Assembly: GCF_020745735.1 (NCBI RefSeq)
Contig: NC_083424.1
Span: 49,338,999-49,402,998 of the forward strand
DNA: 64,000 bases
Source of the DNA: Hemiscyllium ocellatum
Lineage: Eukaryota
Direction of reading: 5' to 3'
The translations under genes and the position numbers were made by a program. Under the pieces are notes generated by a model that did no database searches, was not told the origin of the DNA, and worked only from the letters and a program-made list of their open reading frames with translations. Below are positions 37,301 to 49,915 of this stretch, one piece after another; within the stretch, counting starts at the first letter, position 1, and each line of letters starts with the position of its first letter.

Positions 37301-38711
37301 CAGCAAAAGCTGGGGTTGTTGCAAAATTGAACTGCTGTTCTTAAATTATTATGTCAATTATATTATGAGGCACACGGTGCTTTTTTGTTTGGCGAAGCGG
37401 TGGCATTGCGATTATGTCACTGGATTCAAAGTCATTCAAAGCCCCTGAGCAATGACTGGAACAGGAAATGCTGGAGAAACTCAGCAGGTCTGGCAGCATC
37501 TGTGGAGAGAAAACAGAGTTAACGTTTGGAGTCCAACCTATGTTTGCAGTAATTTGTTTGTGCTTATAACGTTATGGGTTTGAATCCCACACAGCAGATG
37601 ACAAAATCTGACTTAATAAGAATGTGGAATTAAAAGGCAGCCTAAAATCTCACTTGGTTCACTGATGCCATTTATGGAATTTACTATCTTTATGCCATGA
37701 AGTCTCTGGTTGAATATGGGCAAGAAAACATTCTGATTCCCCCACCAGTTGAATCAGTATTCCTTCAGGTTGAATACTAATTCTATTATGCGTTAGGGAA
37801 CTTCATTACTGGTCACAAAGAATTGGCCTAGCCCAAAAGGATGTAACTGCTAGACTGGGTCTGCCTGAGGTAGTGATGGACAATGTCAGTGCCAATAGGA
37901 CTGCGCACAGATGCTGTGGACACGAAGTTCCGTTATTACATTGAGTGTACCTCCTATTTTGGCAGTTACCACAGTGCTCATTGGGACAGATTTTCAATTG
38001 ATTGAAACTGGGTAATCATGAGAGGCCATAATCAGAAGAATTGTATCCAATCCGCATGGCCCAGCATATTCTGCCAATACTATCAAGCTGGGAGAGCAGT
38101 CCTGGTTCAATAAAGTCTGCAGAAAGGCATGCCAGGAACAATATCAGACATGCCCAAAAATGAGATGAAGCTGTATCACAGGACTACTTGCTTGCCAAGT
38201 AGTGGGTGCAGCTTGCAACAGACAGGAGAACTCCCCTGCAGTTTTGCCAGATCCAGTTGTGACTGGTATTGAATAATTAAACAAGGCAATGTTCTAGTGA
38301 TATTATTAAATGCAGGGGTAAGGGTGTACGTATTAGTTGGATGCTCTTCAGAGGGTCAGCATGGGCTCGATGGGCTGAATAAGCTGCTTCCACACTGCAG
38401 GATGTCTATGGAGACAGCATAGTGGCTCAGTGGTTAGCATTGCTGCCCCACAGCACCAGGACTGTCGGAGCATCTGTTCACTCTGAGAGTTGGCTCTGAG
38501 GGAGATGGATCATTGTTATTCAGTCACAGGATGTCGACGTTGCTGAGTATTTCTTTCCCATCCTTAATTGCCCAGAGGGCAGTTAAGGATCAACCACATT
38601 GCTGTGGGTCTGGAAACACATGTAGACTAGACCAGGTAGGAAGGCAGTTCCTTTTCCTAAGGCGCATTCATGAACCTGATGGGCTTTTCCTGACAATTAA
38701 CAATTCACAGG

Positions 38712-39995
38712 CATCACAGAGTCATACAGCATGGAAACAGATCCTTCGGTCCAGCCAGTCCGTGCTGAACATAATCCCAAAACAAACTATTTCCACCTGC
38801 ATGTTCGTGATCCGTAACCCTCTAAACCTTTCCTATCCATGTACTTATCCAAAAGTCTTTTAAATATTGTAATTGTACCCACATCCATCGTTTCCTCAGG
38901 AAGTTCATTCCACATGCGAACCACCCTCTGTCTAAAATATTTGTCCCTCATGTCTTTAAATCTCTCACTTCTCACCTTAAAAACTTGCCCTCTAGTCTTG
39001 AAATCCCCCATCCAGGGAAAGACAACTACCATTAACTCTGTCTTTATCCGTCATTATTTTATAAACTTCCATCAGGCCACCTTTCAACCTCCTACACTCC
39101 AGTGAAAAAAGTCCCAGTCTTCCTTTATAACTCAAATCCTCCATACCCAGCAACATCTCTCAGAATTTGCCAAAGATGGGGAAGCATTAGACCATATCTT
39201 TTTAAACCTATTCATATACCCATCCAGTCATCTTTTACATGTTGTAAATGTACCAGCGTTCACCACCTCCTTGGGCAGCTCATTCTATACGCACACCATT
39301 CTCTGCATGAAATAGTTGCCCCTTAGGTCCCTTTCATGTATCTTTCCCCTCTCACTTAAAAGTTTACCTTATCCCTACCCTGGGATAAAGACCTTGGCTA
39401 TTCACCTTATCTATGTCCCTCATAATTTTATAAACCTCTATATGGTCACTCTTCATCCTGCAATGTTCCAGGGAAAATAGCCTTAGCCCCTTCAGCCTCT
39501 CTCTATAGCTCAAGCTCTCCAACCCCAGCAACATCTTTGAAAACCTCTTCTGCATCCTTTCAAGTTTAGCAACATTCTTACCTCTATCAGAGATACCAGA
39601 ACTGAACGCAGTATTCCAAGAGTGGGCTCACCAATGTTCCCAAATCCTATACCTTATGCACTGACCAATAAAGGCAAGTGTACCAAATGCCTTCTTCCCC
39701 ATCCAGTCTACCTGCAACTTCGCCTTCAAGAAACTATGAGGCTGCACCCCAAAGTTAGGCAACACTTCTCAGGAATCTACCATTAAATGTATATGTCTTG
39801 CCCTTACCAAAATTCAACACCTCACATTTATTTTAATTAAACTTTATCTGCTCTCCTCAGTCGATCTGATCAAGGTCCTGTTGTACTCGGAGATAACATT
39901 CTTCACTGTTCACTACATCACCAGTTTTGGTGTCCTCTGCAAACTTTCTAACTATTCCTCCTATATTCACATCCAAATCATTTATATAAATGACA
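38712..39995 (-). mobile_element. Two tandem CR1 3' fragments
   Basis: CR1 C-terminal motifs RVVRMWNELP and SYRERL...IEVYKIM. Confidence 0.8.
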
Positions 39996-40375
39996 TCCAG
40001 TTCCTATTTGTTTAGTCTCTTTTTCACTTCTGCATAATAAAATTCCATCCTGTTGTTAAGGAACATTTACAGCTTTATGTATATTTTCATGACTAATCAT
40101 CAGATTAACTAAAATAAAATTAAACATATGGCCCTCAAGTCAGGTTTCATTCTATTATCTGGTTTGTCCAGCAAATCATCAGCCAAGTTCATAACATATA
40201 CTGTAAGATTACAATGCATCTGCATACCCCACACAAGATCATTCCCCAAAACAGCATGAAAATTATTTTCCAAAATTTGATTCATGTTCATTATTGGATT
40301 CTTATTTCCAGATTTTGTTTTGCCTCAAATTCCACCATCAGCCATGGCAAGATTTGAATCCAGGTCCCCAGATAT

Positions 40376-40672
40376 CTGGGTTCGATTCCAGCCTTGGTGA
40401 CTGTCTGTGTAGAGTTTGCACATTCTCCCTGCACCTGCCTGGGTTACCTCTGGTTTCCTCCCACAGTCTAAAGATGTGCAGGTAAGGTGGATTGCCTGTG
40501 CTAAATTGCTCACAATGTCCAGGGATGTGTAAATTAGGTGGATTAGCTGTGGGAAATACAGGCTTATCAGGATAGGGTGGTGGGAAGTGAGTCTAGATGG
40601 GATCCTCTTCGGATAGTTGATATGGACTTGTTGGGCTGAATGGCTTGTTTCCACACTGTAGGGATTCTATGG
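40376..40672 (+). mobile_element. HE1-type V-SINE (5' truncated)
   Basis: B box gggttcgattcc, V domain and tail ...ccacactgtagggattctat. Confidence 0.75.
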
Positions 40673-42159
40673 AACTAACAGGAACCGCAAGTTCCATAAA
40701 TATCCTGATCCAAAATGATGGGGGAGCCTGGCACAGCCAGACATACTGAGTAGATCATCCATCTTGGCCCTCTCCTGAGGTCACCAGGATCACAGGGACC
40801 ACTTTTCAACCAATTCCATTCATCCGTATAATATCAAGAAATGCCAGAAGACACTGGATGCTACAAAAGCTATTGCAGCATCCAGTGCTACAATATCCCA
40901 ACAGTACTGAACTGAATAATAGTGAAGACTTCTGCTCCAGAACTACATCGAGCTTCCAATACAGTTACAACACTGACAATTGTCTCATGACGTTGCAAAT
41001 TGGCCAGGTACATCCTGTGCAGAAAAAGCAGACAAATATATCCCGGCCAATTAATGCATTGTAGTCTACTCTCAGTCATCAGCAAAGTGATGACAGAGAT
41101 TGTTAACATTGGTAACAAGTGAGACTTGCAAAGGAAAAACCTGCTCACTGAAGCTTAGGTTGGCTTCTGCCAGGGTCACTTGGCTCCTAACCTCATTATG
41201 GCCTTGTCCAAACATAGAAAAAAGAGCTGAACTCCAAAGGTTAGGCGAAATTTGTTGCCCATAACATCTAGGTAGCATTCAACCAGGGATCAAGAAGCCC
41301 AAGCATACCTGGCTCAAAGGAAGATAGTTGTGGAGGTTGAGGTCCATTATCTCAGCTCCAGGATATGTCTGCAAGAGTTCTTCAGGGTAGTCTCCTAGGC
41401 CTGACCATCTTCAGTTGCTTCATCAATAACCTTCCCTCCATCATAGGGTTAGAAGGGGATAATTGTGATTATTGCACAATGTTCAGCACCTTTCATGACT
41501 CCTCAGATACTGAAGCTGTTCATTTTCATATATAGCAAAACCTGGATACCAACTACTCTTGGGCTGAGTCATAGCACACAAATGCAAGACAATGACCATT
41601 TTCAACAAGACAGAATCTAATCATTAAACAAAATAAAATGAAAGAACTGCAGATGCTGGAAATCAGAAACAAAATCAGAACTTGATGGAAAATCTCAGCA
41701 GTTCTGGCAGTATCTGTGGAGAGAAAGCAGAGTTAACATTTCCAGATCTAGTGATATTTGTTCAGAACTGATTGTCACCCTGAAAATATGCTGAAGATGG
41801 GATGCGGGGGTGGGGGGGGCGAGAGGAATAAATGATAGGTAGAGATGAAGCCCAGAGAGAGAGAACAACAAGGGAGTGGGTAAAGGTTAGCCTGGAGGAA
41901 TCAATAGTTGCTAATGGGGATCATTAGGAGCTGACCGTGGGATAGTTGTGGTACCAGCCCGTGTGAGGACAAGGCCTGGTGTGGGGGTGTTGAGAGAAGA
42001 ACATGGGAAAAGGCACTCAGGCCTGAAACTTAATTGAACCTGATATTGAGTCCTGAAGGTTGCAGGGTCTTCATGGGGAAAGTAATATGCTGTTCTTCCA
42101 GATCTTGGGTTATTATGTTGGTCATCCGTATTTCAGATGAAATCTACTCTTTCTAGTGA

Positions 42160-42303
42160 ATGGGAGAAAGTGAGGACTGCAAATGCTGGGGATCAGAGTT
42201 GAGAGTGTGGAATTCCTGATGAAGGGCTTATGCCTGAAACATCGATTCTCCTGCTCATCGGATCCTGCCTGACCTGCTGTGCTTTTCCAATACCACACTC
42301 TCG
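42160..42303. mobile_element. Mini Penelope-tail element with 14-bp direct repeat
   Basis: actctttctagtga at 42146-42159 and 42304-42317, with CTGATGA...GAAAC inside. Confidence 0.7.
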
Positions 42304-43315
42304 ACTCTTTCTAGTGACTGTAAAATATCTCAGAAAGATACTATTTTCAAGAGCAAGGGAGCTATTCCTGATACTTTAGACAATATTTAACCCTCGAACG
42401 ACATCATTTAAAAAATTACATTGTTGCCTGTGGCAGCTGACGGAATGCACATTTACTACCATGTTTCCTACATTGCAATAGTGACCACCATTTATGATTC
42501 CTCAGACTCTGAAGCAGTGTATGTCCAAATGTGACAAGATCTGACAATGTCCAGGCTTAGGCTGACAAGTCGCAAGTAATGTTCCCCTCACTATCAACAT
42601 GCTGGGGGTTATCATTGACCAGAAACTTAACTGGACTCACTTTACAAATATGACGACTGCAACAGCAGGTCAGAGGATAGAAATACTGCAAAGAGTAACT
42701 CATCTCCTGACTCCCCAAAGCCTGTCCACCATCTACAAGGGACAAGTCAGCAGTGTGATGGAATACTCCCTACTTGTCTGGATGAGTCTAGTTCCAACAA
42801 CATCTCAAGAAGCTTGACATTCTCCAGGACAAAGCAGCCCACTCGATTGGTACCTCATCCACAAACATTCAGTCATTCTACCATCGAATTGATAATAGCA
42901 TTGTGTGCTATCTACAACATGGATTTCAGAAGTTCACCAAAGATCTTTAGACAGCGCCTTTCAAACCCACAACCACTTCCATCTAGAACGACAAGGGCAG
43001 CAGATATGTGGGAACACTACCATGTCTCAGACACCCATTATCCTGACTTAGAAGAATTGTTGTTTCTTCACTGTCACTGTGTCAAATTCCTACAATTCTG
43101 TCCCTGATGGCATTGTGTATGTACCTACAGCACATCCACTGCAGCAGTTCAAGAAGGCAGCCCACCACCACTCTCCAGACATGGGCAATAATTGTGGTCC
43201 ATGATCTATGAGTTAAAAAGAAAAAGTATTTAATTAGCTGGAATGTGCTTTGGAATATTTGGTGAGTCATGAAAAACACTATATAAATGCAGGTCTTTCT
43301 TTTAGTGAAACTATT

Positions 43316-43961
43316 TATTAGGTTCTTTTCCTGAGGTTTCACACACGAGATGCAATTTGCACACACCAACTTCTGCAAACAATTAAAGTTTATTAAAGCC
43401 TGTACAAGCTAGGTACCTCCTTTGACACTCTCTGCAGGCCTGCGAAGTCAAGTCAAAAGAGGCCCCGAACAAAGGATACACATCCCCTTTATACAGGTCA
43501 CTTGGTAATGCTCACAGGTACTCCAACCATCCCCCCCCCCCCATAACCACATGTTACCCCAGGTACAATGGTAAGATGAGGTCATCCTCGGAGATAATGT
43601 AAATGCCCTAATATGAAAACAATTGCCTGACTCTGTGATTCCCCAAAACAATGCAGGTGTGATGTGCTTCAGTATCAGGGGATGGTCACGCAAACAAACT
43701 TGATTGGCTGGGGATGGCTATGAAAGCATATCTGATTGGAAGGAACTGAATGAGAGTTTAATCTGATAATAGCAGTAGAATAGTGTAAATGTCTGCCCAA
43801 ATGAAGCATGAATTACAATAGATAGTCATCCTGTATGCTATCTGTGAGTCAGAAAGTTGCCCCCACCCACTTCCAGAACGTTCAGCTTCTTGGAGAAAGA
43901 CAGGACAGGACATTCCATTAATGTCCAGAGAGATAGTACAATTTAATCTTTTAATATTACA
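43316..43961 (-). repeat. 3' LTR (about 645 bp)
   Basis: Starts TGTAA on the minus strand directly after the purine tract ATAAAAGGGTGAAA. Contains CCAAT (43703-43707, 43735-43739), TATAAA (43488-43493) and AATAAA (43389-43394). Homologous to 50828-51217 plus 52367-52533. Confidence 0.8.
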
Positions 43962-43975
43962 TTTCACCCTTTTAT
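43962..43975 (-). other. Polypurine tract
   Basis: Minus-strand ATAAAAGGGTGAAA immediately abutting the LTR's TG. Confidence 0.7.
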
Positions 43976-44127
43976 CATCCCATGATAATCACTGAGATGA
44001 CACTACCAGCTTTCATAAGACTCTGACAGCCAGTTTTTAAGCAAGTTATTGACACACAACATGCAATGATTATAACAACAAAAATTACTAGTCCATGCAT
44101 TGGTTAGGATCTCCAGGATCCTCCCAT
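43975..44127 (-). pseudogene. env-like transmembrane/cytoplasmic tail remnant
   Basis: Frame reads MGGSWRS*PMHGLVIFVVIIIACCVSITCLKTGCQSLMKAGSVISVIIMG*: a Trp-containing pre-TM segment, a hydrophobic TM and a Cys-containing tail, with the stop at the PPT. Confidence 0.55.
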
Positions 44128-44314
44128 ATGGAAAAAAGTTCACAAGTAAAGTTCTTAAATCCACAGTCCTTAGTGACCACTCCACCCCCTCCAAGTCAAG
44201 TGGAAACAAGCTAGTTCTCTAAAATCTCCTTCAGTAAAGTCCAACCTAAAAACAAAATCCAGTCTGTCCTTCTGCATCACTCCACTGAATGCTTGGATAA
44301 GCGCAGTTAAATAC

Positions 44315-44635
44315 TTAACAAGACTGACAAGACTTTCATCCTTGCAGAGATGCTTCAGATGGAGGATACTGAGTGTGCAGTGCAGCAGCTGTAGCTGCAG
44401 CAGCAGGCGAGGTAAACACAGCATTCTTTGCTGCTTCTGCTCCCGCTCTGTTGTCAAATGTAATCAAGCCAAATGGCTGTTGTGACGTTAGCTTGATCAA
44501 TGAACCTTCATATCCCTCAAATGATCGAAAGAGAAGATTAAACTCATATAGTTTAATGTCCATAGGACGGCCACTGACAAAAAGTGTCCGCACCTCCTCT
44601 TCACTATTGCTAGCTTCTTCACTTTTTGTGCTCAA
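44315..44635 (-). pseudogene. RBPMS2: Processed RBPMS2 (Hermes-type RRM) pseudogene with internal deletion
   Basis: Intronless (L)[27 protein letters not shown]...[32 protein letters not shown] joined to [33 protein letters not shown] (parent ends GWKSRQFC*). TTG replaces the ATG and a TGG has become TGA. Confidence 0.88.
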
Positions 44636-44836
44636 GACTAGGGAACTGATTGAATCTGTTGGATCCGGTTGTGGAGAAGAGGATGATGGTCCAAAGGCAT
44701 GATTTACCTATGAATGGAGAAACTCTAGAGACGATGTTAGCTGCTGAAAGTATCTTTGCATTTCCTCTCTCATTCCTTCCTTGCCAAGGTGGTTATCATA
44801 TGAAGACAGTCACACATTTAACTACACTAAATTTTA

Positions 44837-45549
44837 AGACCATAAGACATAGGAGTGGAAGTAAGGCCATTCGGCCCATCGAGTCCACGCCGCCATTTAA
44901 TCATGGCTGATGGGCATTTCAACTCCACTTACCAGCATTCTCCCTGTAGCCCTTAATTCCTTGTGACATCAAGAATTTATCAATCTCTGCCTTGAAGCTA
45001 TTTAGTGTCCCGGCCTCCACGGCACTCCGCAGCAATGAATTTCACAGGCCCATCACTCTCTGGCTGAAGAGATGTGTCCGCATTTCTGTTCTGAATTTAC
45101 CCCCTTTAATTCTAAGGCTGTGCCCATGGGTCCTAGTCTCCTCGCCTAACGGAAACAATTTCTTAGCATCCACCCTTTCCAAGCCATGTATTATCTTATA
45201 TTAGATCTCCCCTTAACCTTCTAAACTCCAATGAATGCAATCCCAGGAGCCTCAGCCGTTCCTCGTATGTTTGACCTGCCATTCCAGGGATCATCCGTGT
45301 GAATCTCCGCCGGACATGCTCCAGTGCCAGTATGTCCCTCCTGAGGTGTGGGGCCCAAAACTGGACACAGTACTCCAAATGGGGCCTAACCAGAGCTTTA
45401 TAAAGTCTCAGTAGCACATCGCTGCTTTTATATTCCAACCCCCTTGAGATAAATGACAACATTGCATTCGCTTTCTTAATCACGGATTCAACCTGCATGT
45501 TTACTTTAGAGAATCCTTGACTAGCACTCCCAGATCCCTTTGTACTTTG
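44837..45549 (-). mobile_element. CR1 3' fragment nested in the ERV-like element
   Basis: Encodes [21 protein letters not shown]...RRLRGDLI, with aatttt at both flanks. Confidence 0.85.
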
Positions 45550-45831
45550 TAATTTTGTTGGCCGATTTCAACACTCTTTGAATTTGCAATATGAAGGGGG
45601 CCAATGAAGTCTTAGCAATAATTGACAGAACTGAACCAGCTCAGCCTCAAGTTCTAATATTGTCTAAAATCTTAACAAACCGTCAAAATTAAAATGCACT
45701 TGTATTTTTGTGAAAACTCTGCATTAAAAACACAACAGCAAAGATATTTTAATACAATACACTCATCTGGCTAAAGCATGACCACTGACACAATTGTTTT
45801 GTTTTAAACAGGCATTGTAGAATTTCAACTA

Positions 45832-48800
45832 GGAGAAAGTGAGGACTGCAGATGCTAGAGACCAGAGTTGAAAAATGTGGTGCTGGAAAAACACAGCAGG
45901 CCAGGCAGCATCCGAGGAGCAGGAGAATCGACGTTTCGGGCATAAGCCCTTCTTCAGGAATGAGGCTGATGTGGCAAGCGAGCTGAGATAAAGGAAAGGG
46001 GGGAGGGAATTTGGGGGAGGGGCACTGGGAATACGTTAGGTGGAAGGAGGTGAGGGTGAGGGTGATAGGCCGGATAGGGGATGGGGACGGAGAGGTCGGG
46101 AAGAAGATTGCAGGTCGAGAGGGCGGTGCTGAATCCGGGGTTGGGACTGCGATAAGGTGGGGGGAGGGGAATGAAGAAGCTGGAGAAATCTACATTTATC
46201 CCATGTGGTTGGCGGGTTCCTAGGTGGAAGATGAGGCGCTCTTCCTCCAGGCGTTGTGTGGTCAGGGTCTGGCGATGGAGGAGGCCAAGGACCTGCATGT
46301 CCTTGGCGGAGTGGGAGGGGGAGGTAAAGTGTTCAGCCACTGGATGGTTGGGTTGATTGGTGCTGGTGTCCCGGAGGTGTTCCCTGAAACATTACGCAAG
46401 TAGGCGGCCTGTCTCCCCAATGTAGAGGAGACAACATCGGGTGCATCGGATACAGTAAATGATGTGTGTGGAGGTGCAGGTCAACTTGTGGTGGATATGG
46501 AAGGATCCATTGGGGCCTTGGAGGGAGGTGAGGGGGGAGGTGTGGATGCAAGGTTTGCACTTCCTGCGGTTGTAGGGGAAGGTGTTGGGAGTGGAAGTGG
46601 GGTTGGTGGGGGGAGTGGACCTGACGAGGGAGTCACAGAGGGAGTGGTCTCTCCTGAACGCTGATAGGGGTGGGGAGGGAAATATATCCCTGGTGGTGCG
46701 GTCTGTTTGGAGGTGGCGAAAATGACGGTGGATGATACGATGTATCCAGAGGTTGGTGGGGTGAAAGGTGAGGGCCAGTGGGGTTCTGTCCTAGTGGCAA
46801 TTGGAGGGGCGGCGGTGCGGGAAGTGGAGGAGATGCGGTGGAGAGCATTGTTGACCACGTCAGAGGGGTAATTGCGGTCTTTGAAGAAGAAGGCCATTTG
46901 GGTTGTTTGGTAGTGGAATTGGTCCTCCTGAGAGCCGATGCGGTGGAGGCGAAGGAATTGGGAATACGGGATGGCATTTTTAGAGGGGGCAGGGTGGGAG
47001 GATGTGTAATCTAAGTAGCTGTGAGAATCGGTCGGTTTGTAGTAAATGTCTATGTTGATTCGGTCGCCTGAGATAGAAATGGAGAGGTCTAGGAAGGGGA
47101 GTGAGGAGTCTGAGACGTCCAGGTAAATTTGAGGTCGGGGTGGAAGGTGTTAGTAAAGTGGATGAACTGTTCAATCTCCTCGTGGGAGCATGAGGTAGCG
47201 CCAATACAATCATCGATGTAGCGGAGGAAAAGGTGGGGGCTGATGCCGGTGTAGCTGCAGAAGATGGACTCTTCCTCATATCTGACGAAGAGGCAGGCAT
47301 AGCTGTGGCCCATACGGGTGCCCATTGCTACTCCTTTGGTTTGGAGGAAATGGGAGGATTGGAAGGAGAAGTTGTTAAGAGTGAGGACCAGTTCAGTCAG
47401 TCGAAGGAGGGTGTCAGTGGAAGGGTACTGGTTGGGTCGGCGGGAGAGGAAGAAGCAGAGAACTTGGAGGCCTTCTTGATGGGCGATGGAAGTGTATAGG
47501 GACTGGATGTCCATCATGAAGATAAGATGATGGGGGCCGGGGAAGCGAATCATGGAGGAGGTGGAGGGCGCGGGTGGTGTCCTAAACATAGGTGGGGAGT
47601 TCTTGGACTAAGGGGGACAGGACAGTGTCGAGGTATGCAGGGATAAGTTTGGTGGGGCAGGAGCAGACTGAGACAATAGGTCGGCTGGGGCAGTTGGGTT
47701 TGTGGATTTTGGGCAGGAGGTGGAAACGGGTGGTGCGGGGTTGTGGGACTATGAAGTTAGAGGCGGTGGATGGGAGATCTCCTGGGGTGATGAGGTTATG
47801 GATGATCTGGGAGATGATGGTTTGGTGGTGGGAGGTGGGGTCATGGTCAAGGGGACAGTAGGAGGAGGTGTCTGCGAGTTGGCATCTAGCTTCAGCAGTG
47901 TAAAGATCGGTGCGCCGAACCACCACTGCGCCTCCCTTGTGCACAGTGCTAGTTTGGCACTCCGATGCTCTCCACCGCATCTCCTCCACTTCCCGCACCT
48001 CCAATTGCCACCAGGACAGAACCCCACCTTTCACCCCACCAACCTCCGGATACATGTATCATCCACCGTCATATCCACCACCTACAAACAGACCCCACCA
48101 CCAGGGATATATTTCCCCCCCCTCCCCTATCAGCGTTCAGGAGAGACCACACCCTCTGCGACTCCCTCGTTAGGTCCACACCACCCCATCAACCCCACCT
48201 CCACTCCTGGCACCTTCCCCTGCAACCGCAAGAAGTGCAAACTTGCGTCCACACCTCCCCCCTCACATCCATCCAAGGCCCCAATGGATCCTTCCATATC
48301 CATCGCAAATTCACCTACACCTCCACACACATCATTTACTGTATCCATTGCACCCGATGTGGTCTCCTCTACATTGGGGAGACAGGCCACCTACTTGCGG
48401 AACGTTTCAGGGAACACCTCTGGGACACCCGCACCAATTAACTCAATCAAACAAATTGATTGAGGGCCGTGAGCCCCTGATTTGTTTGAAATTCTACAAG
48501 TTGAAAAATGTGGTGCTGGAAAAACACAGCAGGCCAGGCAGCATCCGAGGAGCAGGAGAATCGACGTTTCGGGCATAAGCCCTTCATCAGAAATGAGGCT
48601 GTTGTGCCAAGCGAGCTGAGATAAAGGGTAACTCCCCCTCCCACTCTGTCAAAGACATGCAGGTCCTTTGCCTCCTCCATCGCCAGACCCTGACCACACA
48701 ACGCCTGGAGGAAGAGCGCCTCATCTTCCACCTAGGAACCCTCCAACCACATGGGATAAATGTAGATTTCTCCAGCTTCCTCATTTCCCCTCTCCCCACC

Positions 48801-48976
48801 TTATCGCAGTCCCAACCCCCGGATTCAGCACTGCCCTCTTGACCTGCAATCTTCTTCCAGACCGCTCCGCCCCCACCCCCTCTCCGGCCTATCACCCTCA
48901 CCCTCACCTCCTTCCACCTATCATATTCCCAGCACCCCTCCCCCAAATTCCCTCCCCCCTACCCTTTATCTCAGCT
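45832..48976 (-). mobile_element. Rearranged Penelope-like element (RT + GIY-YIG) with inverted segments
   Basis: Minus-strand RT motifs LLPKIHKP..RPIVS, MDIQSLYTSI, QTKGVAMGT and RYIDD. Plus-strand inverted copy of the GIY-YIG region (IIYCIHCTRCGLLYIGETG) at about 47960-48437. Terminal repeat present twice. Confidence 0.9.
48563..48590 (-). ncRNA. Minimal hammerhead motif (Penelope tail); sister copies at 9669-9696 (+), 13940-13967 (+), 42216-42243 (+) and 45930-45957 (-)
   Basis: CTGA(T/A)GA-A-GGGC-TTAT-GCCC-GAAA-CG-TC. Confidence 0.55.
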
Positions 48977-49112
48977 GGTTCTAATTCAAATAAGGCAAAA
49001 CTGATACTGCGTTATTTTCTGAAGCAGTGTTTTAACAAACTGAAATATTTAAATATCAAACACTTTCAGTATGGCATAATTTACATTGAAACATCCCCCT
49101 CGATCTAAGTTT

Positions 49113-49915
49113 ACAGAGTCATAGAGATGTACAGCACAAAAACAGACTCTTTGGTCCAACTCATCCATGCCGACCAGATATCCCAACCCAATCTAGTCCC
49201 ACCTGCCAGCACCCGGCTCATATTCCTCCAAAACTTTCCTATCACATACTCCAGATGCCTTTATATGTTGCAATTGTACGAGCCTCCAGTATTGTGTGCA
49301 ATTCTCCTTTCTATCGGAAAGATGTTGTGAAATTTGAAAGGGTTCAGAAAATATTTACAAGGATGTTGCCAGAGTTGGAGGATTTGAGCTATAGGGAGAG
49401 ACTGAACAAACTGTGGCTGTTTTCCCTGGAGTGTAGGAGGCTGAGGGGTGACCTTGTAGAGCTTTACAAAATTATAAGGGGCATGGATAGGACAAATAGA
49501 CAGTTTTTTCCCTGGGTTGGGGGAGTCCAGAACTAGACGGCATAGATTTAGGGTGAGACGGGAAAGATGTAAAAGGGACTTAAGGGGCAACCTTTTCATG
49601 CAGAGGGTGGTGTATGTGTGGAATGAGCTGCCAGAGGAAGTAGTGGCAGCTGGTACAATCGCAACATATAAAAGGCAATTGGATGGGTATATGAATAGGA
49701 AAGATTTGGAGGGATATGAGCTGGGTGCTGGCAGGTGGGATAAGATTTGGTTGGGATAACTGATCAGCATGGATGGTTTGGACCGAAGGGTCTGTTTCCA
49801 TGCTGCACATCTCTATGACTTTATGACTTCCTCTGGCAGCTCATTCCATACACGCACCACCTCTGCATGAAAAAGCCTAATCAACCTCCCCTATAGCTCA
49901 AATCCTCCAATCCTT
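49113..49915. mobile_element. CR1 3' end with internal inversion
   Basis: Minus-strand tail 49113-49290, plus-strand body and tail 49290-49828, then minus-strand sequence resumes at about 49828-49915. Confidence 0.75.

Noticed and set aside
37690-38070. Possible coding remnant upstream of MRPL40
   Set aside because: Only short open frames and no motif I could recognise.
44336-44635. 99-aa ORF as a functional RBPMS2 gene
   Set aside because: TTG instead of ATG, premature TGA, substitutions in conserved RRM residues, large internal deletion and no introns.
47702-48463. Longest ORF (253 aa) as a novel protein
   Set aside because: It spans the junction of inverted Penelope segments. Its Gly-rich then Pro-rich content is an antisense/off-frame artefact.
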